Below, piece by piece: positions 57,354 through 64,000 of a DNA stretch of 64,000 nucleotides. The notes beneath the pieces are model-generated. The model was given only the letters and a program-made list of their open reading frames with translations. It was not told the DNA's origin and ran no database searches. Position 1 is the stretch's first letter; each line of letters opens with the position of its first letter. The stretch spans positions 225,625,741-225,689,740 of the forward strand of contig CM041465.1 in the NCBI GenBank assembly GCA_023213395.1. Direction: 5' to 3'. The translations under genes were made by a program, and so were the position numbers. Source of the stretch: Cycas panzhihuaensis (Eukaryota > Plantae > Cycadophyta).

Positions 57354-60300
57354 TAGTTAGTACTTGTATCAAATAAGGATTAATTAATATAAATTAGTAC
57401 ATTAAATAAAAGTTATCTAAAGATTAGTTGGGTAGTTAAACCACATAATTAATGTATAAATATGTTACATAAGTAAGGCATTGAAGGATATGAGTAGTGT
57501 ATGAGGGATTGTTAGAAAGACCAATACCTTGATTTAAGGTTGGTAGTGTTTGTTGCTTAGTTGACTATGTAATCTCTATTATTAATAAATGATGGCACCG
57601 TTACTCATATTTGCATTCTCTTATATTTGATATTCTCTCTCCTTTCATGAATGTGACATTATTGATGTCTTATTGATGCAACTGTAATGAATGTTATTTG
57701 ATTAATTATATTGTCTTCACTACAATAACAAGTTGGTGTACTGAGGCTATGAGGCCCCAATTAGCCAACATTTGGCATCGTTGTTGATATAAGAATTCAA
57801 AGAGCCCCTATGCACCTTATGGTTGAGCTTGGAGAGAAGATTATTCAAGGACCATGATTTGGAGGGCAAAATAAATATGATGATGGATAACTCTTGTTTA
57901 GCTAAATTTGAAGATAGTAATATGAAGTAATAAAATTCTTCCCATCGAATGTCATTGACATAATATGGTAGAATTTTTAGATCAAGATAATTTATGATGA
58001 AGTTCAAGACTTATCTTAAATAATATTCTTGAATCAATAATATGGCATTCTTGATATTTTCCTATTATCAAAGAATGCAAAGATTGCATGAATTTAATTC
58101 CAAGATCCTTGGGTGACTGAAATATTAATAAAGGTAGCCCTAGATGGAAGGAGCATAGGAGATATCTACCATCAATAGGCAGGCTAGAGGAAAGCTTAAG
58201 TGTTGGGTAAATTATTTCCTCTTCTCGAATGCCTGCTCTTAAAGGTTTGGATCTTTGTTCAAGTATAGACTAGGAACCTAGAATAAACAACAATATAAGA
58301 GTGTGACTAGGAAATATGGAGGTCCATGAAAAGCCATAACATTAACTTTAATGAAGTATTTAAATAATGCATGATGTAGATGATTGAATAAGAATATGAG
58401 GCAATAATTTTTTCACATTGGTTAATGATTAGTAGAACATTAATAATATTAGGAAAATTCATAGTTAAGAAAGTGTTTTAACAGATGAATTACCTAATAT
58501 TACATGTTAAGAAGAAATTTTTGTGAAGAATGATGAGTTAACAATCACCTATATTAGAGATAATATAAGCCAAAACATATTTCTAATATTTGGCATGTTG
58601 ACATGAGTGTATTGGTAGAGAAATGAAATGTTGATATATGTTTAGAAAGTCAAGGTTAGAATGATGTTAATATTGAAGAACTAGTCAATGTCAAAAAATC
58701 AGAAGCCTAGTTGGCGATTTCATGTTGTTGTTGAGAGAGCAAGGAGTTTTATCAATGATATAATGCTAATGATGTCAACAAGATGAATGATAATCTCATG
58801 GTAGGTTAACCATGTTAAGATTTTAAGTCATTATGTCAAATAAATTGCTATGTTGATATTGGAGTTATGCATGGATCTAGCATAGGACAAAAATGCTAAT
58901 AATCATTCATGAAGTTGATTAACTCTATTAATTTAACATATTCATTCTTTTGATGAAATCCTTGCATTTAAAATTGCCATATTAAATAAACTACTATGTT
59001 GAAATTTGTGTAAGTTGTCAATGCCAAACTTTAATGGTAGTCAAAGATTATGCTCCATGTAAGGCAAATAACATGCCGTGACCTTTATGCTAGTAGATCC
59101 TGAATGAGATTATTGTGAATGACAAAGGAAATTGAACCACACCCTCTTATGTGGCTTCCATGGATGTTGAATGACTCATTAGAGATGCTACCAAGAATTA
59201 AGTTGTCATGGACTTTGATAATATTGTTTTCGATGCTAAGTGACTCATTAGGAGGAGATATTCTAATCCAACTATGTAGAGTGACATAAAGTTATGGCCT
59301 TTTAAGGTCATTTTAAGAATAAGTAATAAGCTCGTAATTGTTATTACATATAAGAGTGAGGAAAAGTAATTTGTTACTGAAGAAATTGCATCCATGGTTC
59401 TTATTAAGATAAAAGAATATTGCAAAGGTTATCTTAAAACCACCATCAATAACATTATGACTCCTAGTCATAAGGGGTGTTAGGATTATTGTAAGTTTAA
59501 ATATCATAGAGCTTATCAATCAGTTAACCATAACTACAAATTATGTATGGACTTGATTAAAGGCTACTAGTATAAATGCAAAGTAAAATGGGAGCATAAC
59601 AAGCCACTTGTTTGGTTATTATGCATAAGATATCTTTGAAGTTGTCATTATGATCAGTTGGATTTTTTAATCCATCATAAACTTATGGTTTTAGTTTGGT
59701 GTATGACAATTCAAACACAATGACTTTTTGCTTCCATTGACAACAAAAGTTTCGTAAATAGAAGTTTGACATAATCAAGATGATATCAACACTAGTAAAA
59801 TTATGTTAGGAGATATGACACCAAATAATGATTCTTGGAGGCTACATAAATTAATTTAATGGTATTATTGGAGAGTTATCACAATCATAGATTACATAAG
59901 ATTGGAACAATTACATCTAATTTTTTATTAAATATTAAACCATAATAAGGACAAGATACTTTAGTGTATTATACATCATAATAAGCATTGGAGGAGAGAT
60001 ACATTTCTATTAGTTTGTAGAGATTCATGTAAAATTTTTGGTTGTATGTAATAATATAGAGGAAATTACATGCCTTCCTTGTTTTGATAAAAATGGTTAG
60101 TATTCTTATAAGCCTAGTTACCTAAATATAGTATATAACCATGTTATGAGTTTGTGCATAATGTTGATATGTGAGTATAGTACATATCAATGATAAGACT
60201 CCAAAATAGCCAAAGACAGGTACAAACTTATGAATATTAAGGAAGAATTCAAAAGTACAAGTGAAGATACTGGTAGCAAGTAGATGATCTTTTTTGTCTC

Positions 60301-61203
60301 AGCCCAAGTTAAGGTTTGTCTCATCTACTAGTAGTATGCAACAATAAATTTGAAGCTAACAACCTCATGTAGCATTGATTTTACTCAATTGATGATGATC
60401 CCAGTGAATGAACACCACTGTGATATAACCACTATCTCTATTATTATTCCTTACATGACAATTGATTCTATTATTGAAAAGATTATGAAAGAGGTAGATC
60501 TTTCACATTAGAAGGTTGAGGAAATCCCTTGATATAATAGTGTGTAAATTATATAGACTAAGGATGACCATATTGGGTGGGCATGTAGGTGAAGTCTAGT
60601 TCTGGGAAAGATAACCTAGGAAGTTTAGTAGAGGAGTTAGTGGCTATACACATGGGTAATAATTCTAGGTTAGCTCCTTGTACACAAGTTACTAGTGTGT
60701 TACCAAAACTTCTAGAGTGTCTCAAGATGTTGTCTATACTCTCCTAATCATTACTGATGCAACATGTATCTAAAGGACTTTCTAGAGAACTGGTAATTTC
60801 AATAACTAGTTACCCATAGAGATTGGTGGATGGATGATCCTTTATATAGACACCGTTGACTCCTATTATTACACAAATACGTGCTGGTTTTTACAGGCCT
60901 ATGTGACATCTTAAGTTTAAAAGAGATGTTAGATTTGATGCTATTTCAAGATGGAATACATTTTATCTATGAGAGAGATGTTGGCTTATAGAAGGGCCAT
61001 GAGCAAAACATTTAATTATACATTAAGAAGGGAGAATTATTAGTACTTATATTAAATGGTGTTTAATTAATATAAATAAGTACATTAATAAAAAGTTAGT
61101 TGAGGATTAGTTCGGTAGTTGAACCACTTTAATTGATGTATAAATAGGCTACATAAGTGAGGCATTAAAGGATATGAGTAGTGTGTGAGGGATTGATATA
61201 AAG
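57354..61203 (+). mobile_element. Old non-autonomous LTR element: 5' LTR ~57354-57730, 3' LTR from ~61034 interrupted by a younger gypsy
   Basis: 57357-57510 repeats directly at 61040-61197 (ttagtactt...ggatatgagtagtgt.tgagggattg); both copies follow purine tracts; TGG-starting PBS-like site at ~57734. Confidence 0.75.
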
Positions 61204-64000
61204 TGTTATGAAACTAGTTCGTAACTGAAGAATAATCACCAAGTGTGTGAGAATACTGAGAACAGGTGTAATAAAAAACCAGATATATTTGATTGATAAA
61301 ATATTGGATGATCTTATTATATTTGGGTCCTAATTTTATATTCATATTAGACCCTCTTTCACAGAAGGATGTGCTCGTTCAATAGCACCCTTTTAATTAA
61401 TTAATCCTTTGTGTTTAAAGAGGTTTATAACAATTCCTCCCTCTTAAGATGTTTCGCCTACGAAACCTTCTCTTGGCAACTCAGGATGAAGTTTGAGAAA
61501 ATCAGAGGATTCCCATGAAGCATCTTCAATAGGCAGTTGTTTCCATTTAATCAAATATTCTTGAATAGTCTTGGATCGCAATCTACGTTCTCGAACTTCA
61601 AGGATGGCTTTTGGCAATAGAATTAATTTGCCTTGTTCATCTAGGAGGGGTAGTTCTGTCTGTACCTATACATAATTTCCAATTTTCTTTTTGAGACAAG
61701 ATACATGAAATACATTCTGTAGTTTTGAAGTTGGAAGTTCTAAGGCATAAGCCACTTCGCCAATTTTCTGTTTAATCTGGAAAGGTCCATAAAATCGAGG
61801 ACTCAATTTCTGCTTTTGAGAAGTCTTCAATGATGCTTGCTTGTATGGTTGTAATCTTACATAGACCCAATCTCTTATTGCAAGTATTCTTTCTGTATGA
61901 TTTTTATCAGCTTGTTGTTTCATACGATTTCTGGCTTCTTCTAAATGTCGTTTTAATATTTGAAGGATATTTTGTGATTCCTGGAGATAGTCATTAACTG
62001 CTGGAACCTTATTATCCAATTTTAACCAATCTTTTAGTTGAGTTGGCTTATAACCATATAATGCTTGATATGGGGTCATTTTAATGGATGAGTGGTACGA
62101 AGAGTTATACCATGCTTCAGCTAAATGTAACCATTTGACCCATAAATGCTATTTATCTGTGACATAATTTCGTAAATAATTCTCTAAACCTTTATTAATC
62201 GCTTGGCTTGTCCATCTGTTTGCAGATGATAACTGGTACCCATATTTAATCTTGTACCTACTTACCGAAACATTTCTTGCCAGAAATGGCTTAAAAATTT
62301 AGGATCTCTATCACTAATAATGGTTTGCGGAAACCCATGTAACTTATAAATTTCTTTGATAAATACTTCAAATTAACGTTGAGCTTTGTAGTTAGATTGA
62401 ATAGGTATAAAATGAGCAAACTTTGTTAAACAATCCACCATCACATAGATAGCATCTTTTCCTTCTGATTTGGGTAATCCTGTGATAAAATCCATGCTGA
62501 TACTTTCCCATTTTTGTTGCGGAATAGGAAGAGGCTGGAGCAACCCAGGAGTAGCAATACGTTCGTATTTATTGACTTGACATACAGCATATTCAGCTAC
62601 AAATTTCATTATATCTTTTTTCATTCCCTTCCAGAAAAATGACCTAATTAAATATGTTTTATAAAATCCTTCATGACCAAATGTAGTACTACATGTGCTT
62701 CATTCAATATTTTATTACGGAAAGCTGAGTTTGGTCCTAAGAATATCCGTCCTTTGTACCATAAGATATCATTTCTCCATTCGAATTTTTCTTCTTTTCC
62801 TTGTTGAATTCTTTGAATGAGTTGTTGAATATCAGGATCTTTCACATATTCTGATTGTAATTCCATGATCCATACTGGTTCTATCATTGAGACAGCTTTT
62901 AATTGAGATTCTGTATTCTCTTCATCCTTCCGTGACAAAGCATCAGCTACTATATTATTTTTTCCCTTTTTATATGTTATGTCAAAGTCAAAGGCCTGAA
63001 TTTTACTTATCCATTTTTGTTGTTTAGGAGATAATTCTTTTTGCTTTAATAAATATTGTAAACTGTTATGATCTGTCTTGACTATAAATTTGCTACCTAA
63101 TAGATACTGACGCCATTTAACTAAAGCATGTATAATGGCCAACATTTCTTTATCATAAGTGGACTTGAGAATTTCTTGGTTGTTTAGCTTCCTACTCTCA
63201 AATACAATGGGTTTACCTTCTTGCATTAATCTTGTACAATTCCCTGCTCCCTGATGCATCACATTCTATTATAAAAATTTTAGAAAAACCAGGTGTCGTA
63301 AGTGTCGGTAATTGGATCATTATTTGCTTGATTTGTTCGAAACATTTTGTTGCTTCTTCATTCCACTGAAAAGATTTTTTTTTTTTTAATAAATAAGTTA
63401 AAACAGAGGTTTTTTGTACATAATTTTTCACAAAGCGTCGATAGTATCCAGTTAAACCCAGAAAACCTCGGAGTTTCGTAATAGTTTTGGGTATCGGCCA
63501 TTCTTAAATTGCCTTAACTTTTCCTGGGTCAGCTCTAATTCCTTCTTTTGATATAAGATGACCCAGATATTCTATTTCTTTCATTCCAAAATAACATTTT
63601 GATTTGTTAGCATAAAATCTTTGTTCCTTTAAGGCGTTTAGCACTTGGTCCAGATGATTCATATGTTCTCCCCATTGCTTACTGAATATTAATATGTCGT
63701 CGAAGAAGACTAAGATAAACTTCCTCAAGAAAGGTTTTAAAACTTGATTCATTATAGCTTGGAATGTGGCTGGCGCATTAGTTAAGCCAAAGGGCATTAC
63801 CTTGAACTCATAATAACCATGATGAGTACTAAAAGTTGTTTTGTATGTATCTTCCGGTTTAATGCGAATTTGATGATAGCCTGATTTTAGATCGATTTTA
63901 GAAAAATATTCTGCTCCATGTAACTCGTCTAGTAACTCATTGATTCTCGGTATAGGAAATTTATTTTTTATTGTAACCTTATTTAGTGCACGATAATCTA
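61204..64000 (-). mobile_element. Younger Ty3/gypsy chromovirus (Reina-like): RT-RH-IN-chromodomain, PPT and 229-bp 3' LTR 61204-61432; runs off the window
   Basis: [23 protein letters not shown]; IECDASG; WESISMDFITGLP; RFYGPFQ; EYLIKWKQLPIEDASWE; a few frameshifts and stops. Confidence 0.97.

Overview
Very AT-rich, CpG-depleted plant-type heterochromatic DNA with no intact host gene. It is a nest of decayed LTR retrotransposons (Ty3/gypsy chromoviruses and Tat-like pol; Ty1/copia), several kb-scale (TA)n arrays that generate most of the spurious ORFs, two tiny TRIMs and at least three gag-only non-autonomous (TR-GAG-like) elements. The main find is a complete gag-only LTR element at 31850-37668 (minus strand, perfect CTTTC target-site duplication). 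It carries, antisense to itself, a ~1.6 kb CpG-retaining cassette of intronless fragments from at least three unrelated host genes: a PS1-like FHA domain, a JMJD4/JMJ20-like JmjC domain and PPR motifs. Its LTRs also contain an embedded second tRNA-Met primer-binding site. Protein assignments come from motif recognition by eye, not from database searches.
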